The notes below the pieces were generated by a model that worked only from the letters and a program-made list of their open reading frames with translations, was not told where the DNA came from and ran no database searches. A program made the translations under genes and the position numbers. This document shows, piece after piece, positions 9,301 to 17,729 of a stretch of 64,000 bases of DNA (the stretch's first letter is position 1; every line of letters begins with the position of its first letter). The stretch is from positions 3,177,406 through 3,241,405 of the forward strand of contig OZ253505.1 of assembly GCA_965262255.1 (NCBI GenBank), read 5' to 3'. Source of the stretch: Hyphomonadaceae bacterium. Its GTDB lineage: Bacteria > Pseudomonadota > Alphaproteobacteria > Caulobacterales > Hyphomonadaceae.

Positions 9301-12300
9301 TTTGCGCTGCTTCGCGTACCTTCAGGTAGAAAGACCTATACAATTCTTTGTGAAGTAGGATCCTAGGAGCAATCCTTGTTAAGTTCAGTAACCATTGATT
9401 GCCGGACACAGTCCAAATTGCGGTCATTACGTCATTTTTTAGTCTTTGTTCTTTCAACAACACGGTTAAACTATATGCTGCTCGAGATCTTAACATCGCG
9501 AAGTCATGATCCAGATAGTTTTGCCACCACCCAGATTTAAGTTCTCGGCAACTCTCGTGAAGTAACTCAGTTACTTGATTTGACGGAACCTTACCTGCGA
9601 GTATTCGGGCTCTCGCAACATAAACCTGACCTATCACCGAAACTTGCTCTCGAAGTCTCCGATCGCGTTGCTTGACTTCATAGTTATGTTGATTCCGTCC
9701 ACCTTTTTGAGATTCAGGGCGGTCAATCAGAATTTTGGACAAATCAGTTTGTTTGTCCTCAAGACAATTCGAAAGTGTAAAACATCGGACAATTGCATCG
9801 ATTAGAGAATCATCGTGTTCCTTCACTTGGTCGATTCGGCGAATCTTTGGATCCAGAAATAGTTCCAAAACCTGATTAACAACTTTGTTTTCCTTGTCGG
9901 ATGCCGATAAAATCTCAACACCTGTTAGCAACGTGTCGAAGATATAAGACACAAGAGCATTGTTTTCAAATGTTCTGCTTAACACGGGAGATCTGATATT
10001 CAATCGTCGTAGTAGAATTTTGAGTCCGAGTGATAACCGGGCGTGGTCGATCTTACGTCCGGCCAAAGCAAGGGAAACAAGTACAAAAATTGACTTTGAA
10101 ACTGAAAGCGATTCCGCTAGCTGCTCCATTAACTCGAAACGACGCTCTTGTCCCAGTCTTTCTATAAGAAGCTTGGCCGAAAGAACTAAAGATCTAAGTG
10201 GACGAATACGGCGAAGTCTTGCAATGGTTGCCTTCGCGCCAGATTCAAGTAATTCAGTGTAGAGTAAGCAAGCCATGTCCGCAGCGGATAAAACCGGGTC
10301 GATCGAAGTATCAGTTTCATTTTCGTCTGTTTCGAGATCGTATATTCGACGACTGAGCCAAGATTCAAATCGCCTTCTAAAATCACGAACTCCTATGAAA
10401 TCTTCATTTGCAGCACACTCAGCCATCATGTGAATTAGCAGTGGGCCTTGATTTTCCGTCTGTTGAGGATCGCTCAGAATTAGTCGACTACCTGACTCTG
10501 GAGCATGTTTGGCCGTCAATTGGGGATTTTCCGTAAGAAGTGACTGTAATATTGCTTCATTCTTCATCGCCTCCGCCCCAAGGAGTACGAATCGGAGAGT
10601 TCTTTCAGATTTTCCTGCGTCGCGACAAACACCTATTGCTAACTTCAGGCGCTGTGTTCGAACCTCTTGTCTTATCACAAGTTCAGCAACGGCATGGGCA
10701 TCTGGTTCTGGATGTTTTTGGACTAACTTCAAAAGACGTTTATGTTTTTTGGCAAGCTTCAACATCGGTGCAACGTTTATTGCTGCGTATTCGTCGGTTT
10801 TGTGCCTAGTCAGGAAGCGGTCTGCAACAGATGTCAACATGTCATCTATAAGAGGATCAGCAAATTTTCTAACGTACGCTTCAATATCTTCGTCAGCAAA
10901 TGTAACAAAATCGCCTTTAGATTTTACTCCGGGGTCTAAATCTATACAAAAATCTTTAGCAGCTTCCTGATCGATTTCCAAAACCTCTGCAATCTCGCAA
11001 ATTGGAATAGGTCTCGGCAAAACCGCTATACAAGCACAGAACTTTTGCAGTTCTATCTTTATTCCCGCTTTTTTTCGTGCATCTTGGAAAATACCATCAA
11101 ATATCTGGTTCAGATCCTTACCCGAAGGTTTCAGTAGATCAATTCTCTTTTCTATCGGCAGGGTAGGGCGTTCTAGCGCATAACCTTGCATCCTTGGAAC
11201 GCCATCTGAAAGTTCGTGGAGCTCATTTATCCAACCCTGAGGAGCATCCCAGTATCCTCGGGCATTTGCCGCTGTCTCTTCTAGAACAAATTTCTCTAAT
11301 TCAATTTTCACATAATCGTCTGGTATTTTTAGTTGTTCCAATCTGCCGCTTCGCGCACTAACTATAAATCGAACATTATTGGGAAGAACTTCATAAGACA
11401 TAAAATCGTAAATAAAATTTCTTTCGACTGAGCCTCTTTCTCGCGCAGCATTCTCAGAGTTGTCAGCCGCATCTATAGCAATCAACAGTAACGCCTCGCT
11501 GCTTCTTAAAGAAATTAGTTTTGCGAATTTTTCGAGTCGATGTCGAAAAACTTTAGCGTAATCAGTATCAGCACGTGCTGATAACAACAATGGCATTCGC
11601 AAGCGAATCGCGATTTCGTTACACATCTGTACGAATGCATCCTGCGGTCGATGGCGTAGCGAACTAGCATCAAGATACGACCCTCCTCCGTAGCAATCGA
11701 AGATCACCATCTCAGATTCTTCTGGTAGACACTTCTCTAATTGCGCCAACGTTGTCGTTTTACCAATGCCGGCCGCGCCATGAAGGCAAATCTTCTGTTT
11801 TCCAGCCAGCAATTGTTTGGTAATGTTTTTGGTGGAACTTCGCTTGACACAAGAATCGCTACTCTTGATCTTCGACGGACAAGGGAGCAACGCTCGCAAA
11901 TCCGAAACTCCGAACTGAGCTAAAACCCTACCACGATCTATATAGTCGTTAGAGCTGTCCGATATCATCTGACGGCGAACCATTTCCCGAAGTCGGCGCG
12001 TTACTTCTGCGGATTCGATTTCAGTCCATTGGGCAACCTCGTCAAAAATTTTGCATTCAAACGCAAATCGTGATCCTGCCTCGCCTGATAAGTCAAGAAC
12101 CTTGGCAAATTCTTGAAACTCATCGGCGGAAAGACCGCTCGCCTCAAAAATCCTACGAAGATTATTATAGTCCTGACTTTGAGAATTACGTCTTTTAGCA
12201 TGTAGCCCTTGCCGCGCAGATTCTATCGCCGCCAACAAACCGTCACAAACAGGTTGATTCGTTATCAATGATACTCCTATGGAACTGAAATCTTTTTCTG

Positions 12301-12661
12301 GTCTTTCTGCTTTCAGTTGCAAGTACGCCGTTGCGAGTTTTGCGATCAGCGATTTCGAAGGTTTGCCGTTTTTACCTCGAGAAATTTCTGCGATCGTCCA
12401 TTTTCTAACTGTTTTTGCCCTCGAGTACTTTAATTGCTTAATTTCGACCCGGTCAGCGTCGGAATTTGTTGTCCCGCCAAAGTACAGCGCGCAATCGACT
12501 CCATGCCATTTGAATTTCTTGTTCGAGGAATTGGTTCCTTCAATCTTTATAGCATCTAGACTTGATTCGTGATCAAGAAGGCGCAAACATTCACGAGTGG
12601 CCCAAAGCTCGTGAAATTCGTGACCAGCATTTGAACTGCTTGCTCCAGTAAGCTCTATCAC
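6236..12661 (-). CDS. Giant STAND-type NTPase with N-terminal PD-(D/E)xK-like (DUF4297/Cap4-like) domain and long helical C-terminus (Avs-like)
   Basis: GTG start. The N-terminus reads GHEFHELWA...GVDCALYF...DRVEIKQLKYS. Walker A is LHGAAGIGKTT (about 11755..11790) and Walker B is LLLIAIDAADN (about 11463..11495). RFIVSAR follows. More than 1500 aa of helical repeats include the HEAT-like DLRVRWRAAHAVRRLARLGE. Confidence 0.8.
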   Translation of the reverse strand: MIELTGASSSNAGHEFHELWATRECLRLLDHESSLDAIKIEGTNSSNKKFKWHGVDCALYFGGTTNSDADRVEIKQLKYSRAKTVRKWTIAEISRGKNGKPSKSLIAKLATAYLQLKAERPEKDFSSIGVSLITNQPVCDGLLAAIESARQGLHAKRRNSQSQDYNNLRRIFEASGLSADEFQEFAKVLDLSGEAGSRFAFECKIFDEVAQWTEIESAEVTRRLREMVRRQMISDSSNDYIDRGRVLAQFGVSDLRALLPCPSKIKSSDSCVKRSSTKNITKQLLAGKQKICLHGAAGIGKTTTLAQLEKCLPEESEMVIFDCYGGGSYLDASSLRHRPQDAFVQMCNEIAIRLRMPLLLSARADTDYAKVFRHRLEKFAKLISLRSSEALLLIAIDAADNSENAARERGSVERNFIYDFMSYEVLPNNVRFIVSARSGRLEQLKIPDDYVKIELEKFVLEETAANARGYWDAPQGWINELHELSDGVPRMQGYALERPTLPIEKRIDLLKPSGKDLNQIFDGIFQDARKKAGIKIELQKFCACIAVLPRPIPICEIAEVLEIDQEAAKDFCIDLDPGVKSKGDFVTFADEDIEAYVRKFADPLIDDMLTSVADRFLTRHKTDEYAAINVAPMLKLAKKHKRLLKLVQKHPEPDAHAVAELVIRQEVRTQRLKLAIGVCRDAGKSERTLRFVLLGAEAMKNEAILQSLLTENPQLTAKHAPESGSRLILSDPQQTENQGPLLIHMMAECAANEDFIGVRDFRRRFESWLSRRIYDLETDENETDTSIDPVLSAADMACLLYTELLESGAKATIARLRRIRPLRSLVLSAKLLIERLGQERRFELMEQLAESLSVSKSIFVLVSLALAGRKIDHARLSLGLKILLRRLNIRSPVLSRTFENNALVSYIFDTLLTGVEILSASDKENKVVNQVLELFLDPKIRRIDQVKEHDDSLIDAIVRCFTLSNCLEDKQTDLSKILIDRPESQKGGRNQHNYEVKQRDRRLREQVSVIGQVYVARARILAGKVPSNQVTELLHESCRELKSGWWQNYLDHDFAMLRSRAAYSLTVLLKEQRLKNDVMTAIWTVSGNQWLLNLTRIAPRILLHKELYRSFYLKVREAAQIWQKDRTGAYEKSQCLMSLAELLIPISSDESKIIFNKSIDVAGDISSEIADVIRLFDILVRFGLTSMSENRSKFATALTLIVENAYRRVKYAHHFPWREALSSIARLDANIALASIAKWHDQGIVSLENNLARIVHIATSTNQISCSAGHALMIIAETTKPEDVEKMIDITEEQDSCVGIAEEVRLDLLSNRIDCTDRIKDFVSKYCTGISNARLTQYFEFKKSLPAAKNDNDVGQQLHKKQFASLDSHHWDREDLLSGRRLKVRADAIIRICRENKENVSLEMVLESATNKVAFGDSINHLEALMEVQENCPDESIMNVITDTVAKWKAQDAVLEWYRNELPRIISLYFATDFNFLHGVDKRLSEILNLSKASNEQAVEILLDVIQRNGEKLSSRVTLAIAGIIASKQEPASAAKLFEWYVDRLLTSIRKDDREMEVRDAIPTSANETVARFIYAFLGDIDLRVRWRAAHAVRRLARLGESDLIDCIWRQWGRMSEPVFRSPEEPFYWISARLWLVIALSRISEESPKEIASLGQELFEIAVSDDFPHVLIKAYARDAALELHSSGFLSLGKDEISNLEKVNQSPLARADNVDLEEEDVRVTIDLLLNGGQKQKEQTRFDFDGLDTLRYWYEPWTRIFEGLSNNDFQRIAERWIIDKWGYIGKESNGSRHFRSVRFKKYHSERTTNSHGHLPTVEHYRTYLEWHAMWCTVGELLSSHKLSKPRYEGDEGLADQISCGMLSFPPVWLSDMVGLRPLNLKHWCSPNSFSTNWFSSIDDEEFIAELMPSDRPDYLVVHASTETKWRNHQEVVQIFSSLVSPQTAHSLVNALQTAQYTSDYYLGPEGSRSDITEDGFELKSWLVQPDGNLGLDSKDSLCQDIGNIAIMPGTIAQRSLELTRTYSPNLAWYRKGHKLPSFIYEAWGERVQSDSNLRIVEGVVSSGHRLLARRRDIAKLLEIEKFDLITEVGVTRNERQQQRHLSGSKSENEVTFVRILLLRGSGEIEGAERNFGTWRKNFSKNED

Positions 12662-13306
12662 TTAGTTTTTACTTTCATTGCTGTTTCCGCAGGCGATCAC
12701 AAAAGAGTTGCTCGTGCGACCTTGCGTATATGTCGGTATAACTCGCATGAATTTGGTTAGTTCTTTCCGACGCCCTTTAGAAGCACGAAAATTCATCTTT
12801 TTACATTCAAACTAGAAACTACGCAACTAAGTGGGTCCAATACACATTGACTCACTTCCGTATACACCATCGGTTTTAAAGTCGAAGTCTCTAAAAGTTT
12901 AACACTGCCATATTAGACTTCCGTCAGAACATATACCTTTTCCGAACGACGAAATATAATGCTAAAACTATTTATAGAAGTGTACAACAGGCACAATTCA
13001 AACCGAGATAAGAACGGATAGTCCGCAGACGAAAGAAAAAACTTAGCACCCCATATTCTTCAAACAAACAGGCCTTCCTAGCAGAAACTGTTGCCAATCA
13101 CCAGAGGAGTATGATGATTTGCAGAAAAATCTAATCTCAAGCGGTTTTTAGCTCCAAATCAACGTATCATCTGAGAAAATCATAGACTTTCAAGAATTCT
13201 CGGGCAACTATTCTTTTCGCGTCTACCTCAGTTTGACTAAATTTACTTTTGGACAATCTCTAAAGTCAGAGAGGCTAGTTTCGGGTTTGGCTCGCTATTT
13301 ATGAGT

Positions 13307-14464
13307 TCATTTCGCAAAAAAGTCGAGAATCTTTTGAATTAAGCCTGTCCGTATGTCAACTTTCTTCGTTCTGAATAACTCAGCACATTCTCTATTGCCA
13401 TGGCTAAGTTGCCATTCCCATTCATCTTGGTCTTCATTATAGCCAATCTCGTAAGCAATTTCATATGCAGTTTTACCGTCGACGTTTCTAAGGTTAAGAT
13501 TAACATTACTGTCTAAATCGACCAATTCTCTACATGTGTCAGTCACTTCTCTAATTCGTTGTGCGGCAGACAACTCAATTTTACCATTTGAATCAAATTT
13601 TTCAGACGAGTCAAAAGAAGGATGGAGAGCATAATTTCCGGCTGCAATGTGAAGTGGAGAGACGTTGCTATATTCATCTGGCATATCTATCAAATCTGGC
13701 ATTTGTCCGTGTCCGAAATATTCAGATTCGACGAGCATAGGCAACGAAACTGAAAGATTTGGATACATAAAGCGTTCTGAAAGTTTTTTACCGGTTCGGA
13801 CATTCACAGTAGCCCCGTAATAGCCGAGAATTCTGATCGCATGCGGGTTGGCTGTTTCTGCTGCGAGGTGCATTGGCGTGACATTTCCTCTGTTCTTGAC
13901 ATTAACTTTAGCTCCATAGTCAATCAGAAGCCTCATCAAACCTGTCTCTTCTAGTTCAGTCGCAAGATGAAGTGGAGTATTTCCTACTGAGTCACGGGCA
14001 TTTGGATTCGCGCCATTCGCGAGTAAAAACTTGACGTTACTTATGACTACTTCTCTGTGTTGATACAAATTTGCAGTCAGCATTGCCTCAAATAATGGGG
14101 TAGCTCCAAAAATGTTCTTTGCGTCGACCAAGCTTCCTTCATTGAGCAGATATTCCATTATAGGTATTGCTCCATGGTATTGCGATACCTGGTGTAACGC
14201 AGTTCTCCCAAATTTTTCGTCTTTCTCATTCGGTTCTCTGTTTTCGTACCCGACGCACTTCGTAACCCAATCTAATGGCCGAGAGTCTAGAAATGACCAC
14301 CCATTCGATCCCCAATCTATAAAGTTTTGAAACTTTAGCATCCATTTGTCAGAACATTCGTAGTCACTGTATTCGTCAATCCAAGAGTCTCCCTTAGCTT
14401 GGAGAACGCTCAGAGTAAGTACCGTTAGAAGCGTATAGATTGCAAAAGTTACCGTAATTCTCAT
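13307..14464 (-). CDS. Secreted ankyrin-repeat protein
   Basis: The N-terminal signal-like segment is MRITVTFAIYTLLTVLTLSVLQAKG. Ankyrin units: GRTALH, GATPLFEA, GNTPLHLA, NVTPMHLAA. Confidence 0.8.
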   Translation of the reverse strand: MRITVTFAIYTLLTVLTLSVLQAKGDSWIDEYSDYECSDKWMLKFQNFIDWGSNGWSFLDSRPLDWVTKCVGYENREPNEKDEKFGRTALHQVSQYHGAIPIMEYLLNEGSLVDAKNIFGATPLFEAMLTANLYQHREVVISNVKFLLANGANPNARDSVGNTPLHLATELEETGLMRLLIDYGAKVNVKNRGNVTPMHLAAETANPHAIRILGYYGATVNVRTGKKLSERFMYPNLSVSLPMLVESEYFGHGQMPDLIDMPDEYSNVSPLHIAAGNYALHPSFDSSEKFDSNGKIELSAAQRIREVTDTCRELVDLDSNVNLNLRNVDGKTAYEIAYEIGYNEDQDEWEWQLSHGNRECAELFRTKKVDIRTGLIQKILDFFAK

Positions 14465-15409
14465 TTGTCTCTAACTCGCCGAACTAAACTGATTGCAGAC
14501 TAATGTCTGTGGCTCTCAGATGTTCAAAATGAAGGTGACTATTTCACTTATTCCTCAATGACATTGCACTCTTTGCTTTACAGCCGAAGGAAACTAAGTG
14601 TTTACCAACGTCTGTGTGCGGCCCTGTACAAACGTTCCTTAGTTCAGAATAATTATTGCGCGAGTTCAATACATACAGATTCTTCAGGAAACTCCCACAG
14701 TTTCGGAGCGCTATACAAGCATTAGAATATTATGCCACAGAAAGTTTAGAAATTGCGAAAGTAATAAATTTTTGTACATTTTCCCCGGACCGAATATTTA
14801 CCCTCGGTCATTGCTAGCGGTAAAGCGTAATCCCCACTTCTCATATGTTGGTGAATAAACATTAGTTTCCCTTGTATACGCAGACGCGATCGGAGGGTCA
14901 AAGTGACCTGGACGGATGTATGTCCTCCACTTGGCCCAGCTTACAGGATACACTTTCACGAATATCGCAAGCAAAAGCATAGCGGTGTGTCAGAAACGCT
15001 CGTTAACCGCATAACAGCACTTTGTCGCGCCGCGATTCGAACCCTTGGTCGGGTAAAGTCCAATCGTCTAAATTGACAGGAATCACTAAGGGTTCCGAGG
15101 TTTTCTTAATCTTATGTGCTGTAACCAACTTACTAAGCATTCCGCCCACACAATAACTTCGCTACCTAAATTCTGGGCTTGAACAGTATCTCTGAATACT
15201 CCCGATCGAATTCTAGTTGCCGCGGATACGATAACCTTTTGGTCGCAGTAAGTTTCAAGTGAAGTGTCGAGAGTTGCTTCTCCCAGATGAAACTCGCCGC
15301 TCCGAGCCACTTGTTATGGGCGCATAACACTTTTCCTCTATTTGTTGCTGTGCAGTCCTTGTCCACCATGGATTTATGTCAATTCCAATACATTCGCTGT
15401 ATCGGCTCG

Positions 15410-16560
15410 AAGACATATGGAATCTAGGTCTTTTTGAAAAAAGGGAAGATTGCCCTATATGTAGGTAAACATTAACCACCTAACAAAGGGTATCTTCCCA
15501 TGCGACTAATTTACATGAGACCACTAATTTTTCAAGCCTCAGCGTCAACGCGGGCGAGGTTAGCGGAAAAGGGTATGACTCCAGCCAAGAAGATGGAGCT
15601 GGAACGGGTTCGTAAGGTTAATCTCTGGTTAACATTGAGGAACGAAAAAGACATGGGCGCGAAAGAGGCAGCAGAAGCGGTAGGTGAGACTGTTGCCAAT
15701 CTGTATCGCTGGCAGAAAGACCCAGCAGTTCATTCGACGCGCCCGAAGACACTGCGCGAGTCGAAACGAACTCCTGAACTCGTCGAAGCTGTGAGACAAC
15801 TCCGTCTTGAGCAGAAAACTTGGGGAAAGGAGAAGATCGCCAGAAGATTGCAAGAAGAAGGCTTTGATACCAGCATTGCGACAGTCGGGCGCATCCTTAC
15901 TGATCTGATTGCAAGAGGCAAAGTCCAAGCCTATGATCATTTTATTTCCGGGAGCCGAAAACGTCGAAAGAACAAGTCTTCCCGTCCGCATGCCATCCGA
16001 TTACCGAAAGGGTTAAAGCCGACGATACCAAGAGAAATTATTCAAGTGGACACAGTTCATGTCGAGCTCCCTGACGGAACAAAAATCTATCATATCAACG
16101 TCATCTGCCCGGTTACTCGTGTTTGCTATGGGAGACCTTCACGAGTGCGAGCGCAAAAAATGCCAGCCTCTTCCTCAAAAACATGATCGACTATATGCCC
16201 TTCAACGTTCAGGCGATCCAAACAGACCAAGGCTCTGAGTTTAGAGGGGAGTTCGAAACAACCTGCAAAGACTTAGGCTTGACACTCTACATTCTTCCTC
16301 GGAAATCTCCTAAACTAAACGCTCACGTTGAACGCCTTAACAGAACTTGGCAAGAAGATTTTTATAACTGTTGGGAGTTCAGCAATCATACTCTCGAAAT
16401 GATCAATCGTAACATTGAGTCCTATACCAATCACTATAACTCTGAACGGTATCACAAAAGCCTAGATTTACTCACTCCATTCGCCTATCTGGAGAAATAT
16501 TGGCCGTCTCTCCTCGCGTCCGGTGACTAAGTCACCCCTTCTCCCTCGAATGTAGGGAAA
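15410..16560 (+). mobile_element. rve (integrase-core) IS, IS481/IS3-superfamily-like; its left end is the hairpin repeat (copy c)
   Basis: The hairpin repeat at 15410..15535 runs directly into the transposase reading frame. A related motif, cgaatgtagggaaaccttaataac, follows the stop at about 16540. Confidence 0.55.
15575..16530 (+). pseudogene. rve-domain transposase, interrupted by one frameshift near 16125..16150
   Basis: Frame 1 reads ...IIQVDTVHVELPDGTKIYHINVICPVTR. Frame 2 reads SASAKNASLFLKNMIDYMPFNVQAIQTDQGSEFRGEF...PKLNAHVERLNRT. The two frames (15500..16186 and 16123..16530) together make one integrase core. Confidence 0.75.
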
Positions 16561-16898
16561 CCTTAATAACGACTCTCCTGAGGTATTATCAGTCAACGCG
16601 AGCATAACGTCATCCAATGGGGCACTAGGTTTGTTATCTGCGACCTAGTCGACACAGACCGTTGCCAATGGCCATAGGGACTTTAACCGCACACGATTAG
16701 GCAATTACTTTGCGGCGAGGGGGCGGAACTATGCGACTATGGAAGGGAGATACCTAAGGACTCTCGAATCCCTTATAATCGCTCGTTAACTCCTGCTACC
16801 GTCTGCAAAAATCGGTCAAAAAATTATTGGGAACAGTACAGTGACTAGAGAATAATACCAGACTTTACTTAATAACTAAGCAACAATCTGCTTAAAGT

Positions 16899-17399
16899 AT
16901 GAACATATTTGCGGGGGCGTTCCTAACTCTTTTCCATTCCCCCTATAACAATCTTGTTGCAAAAATATTATTTTCCGTATATCAACGCTCAAATCTACGA
17001 TGGGTTCACAAAAATCCCACACGTGTTGAGCGTATACATATGCCAGATTTACTTGTAGAATGGGCGAAGGATATTCGTCATGCGAATTGGCACCGATTAC
17101 TTGAGCTAAACGTTTCAAGTGTAACAGGAGCCGGTGTCTATCTTATATGGCATAGCGGGACTGCGCCGAACGTTGTTTACGCTGGAAAAGGCAATCTTGC
17201 GGAACGTTTAAGGAAACACCAGTCGGATTCTGACATCCTCAGATTTGGGGAAAGAGGGACGCTTCTAGTATCTTGGGGGATTGTTCCTTCACATCGATTC
17301 GCTGGGGTCGAACGTTACTTAATTGAATATTACCGCCCAGCCCTGAACAAGCAGGTTCCTGAAACGCCTCCGGTTGCTGTCAACCCTTTGGTTTGGTAG
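16899..17399 (+). CDS. GIY-YIG domain protein (small, stand-alone)
   Basis: GAGVYLIWHSG..VVYAGKGNLAERLRKH ... ERYLIEYYRPALN follows the GIY-YIG pattern. The start is more likely the ATG at 17040. Confidence 0.6.
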   Translation: MNIFAGAFLTLFHSPYNNLVAKILFSVYQRSNLRWVHKNPTRVERIHMPDLLVEWAKDIRHANWHRLLELNVSSVTGAGVYLIWHSGTAPNVVYAGKGNLAERLRKHQSDSDILRFGERGTLLVSWGIVPSHRFAGVERYLIEYYRPALNKQVPETPPVAVNPLVW

Positions 17400-17729
17400 C
17401 TTTTGCACAATTATATAAGCCCTAGTAATCCAGTTCTTGCCATTGGTTTTAACAGACTGCTAAGACTGATTATCAACAGGATCGTTTGAAAAATTGATAG
17501 GGAAATGAGGAAAAGTTAATCACTTCAGATTGTCACAGTTGGGGCATCCTCCGAATTAGCAAATGCACTTTTTCTTAGAAAGAACCTATAGTGAAGGTAA
17601 ATGTTCCAAGGAATCAAGCCAACTTAGTCTTTAATTGCTACAAGTCCCATGATCCTATCGTATCCAAAGCCATTTGCCGAAGTTTAACATTCTTGGGTAT
17701 TAGTTTACTTTTTAACAGTCTACAGTTCC

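Noticed and set aside
6270-12572. Many 60..153-aa plus-strand ORFs inside the giant minus-strand gene, e.g. 10509..10970 and 9960..10262
   Set aside because: They are shadow ORFs antisense to a 6.4-kb uninterrupted frame that has clear NTPase motifs. They have no motifs of their own.
15015-15075. A tRNA-like T-loop motif on the minus strand (gggttcgaatcgc) with flanking sequence
   Set aside because: The 5 nt on either side of ttcgaat (aaggg / cgcgg) are not complementary. No acceptor stem or anticodon arm can be drawn. At best this is a degraded tRNA or att fragment.
14798-15479. Several 60..74-aa minus-strand ORFs between the ankyrin gene and the rve IS
   Set aside because: They are short, overlapping and motif-free. 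They may be debris of a destroyed gene, but nothing supports a call.
15500-15574. N-terminal extension MRLIYMRPLIFQASAS... of the rve transposase
   Set aside because: These codons are part of the hairpin repeat or IS terminus that is found non-coding at six other sites. The likely start is the ATG at 15575.
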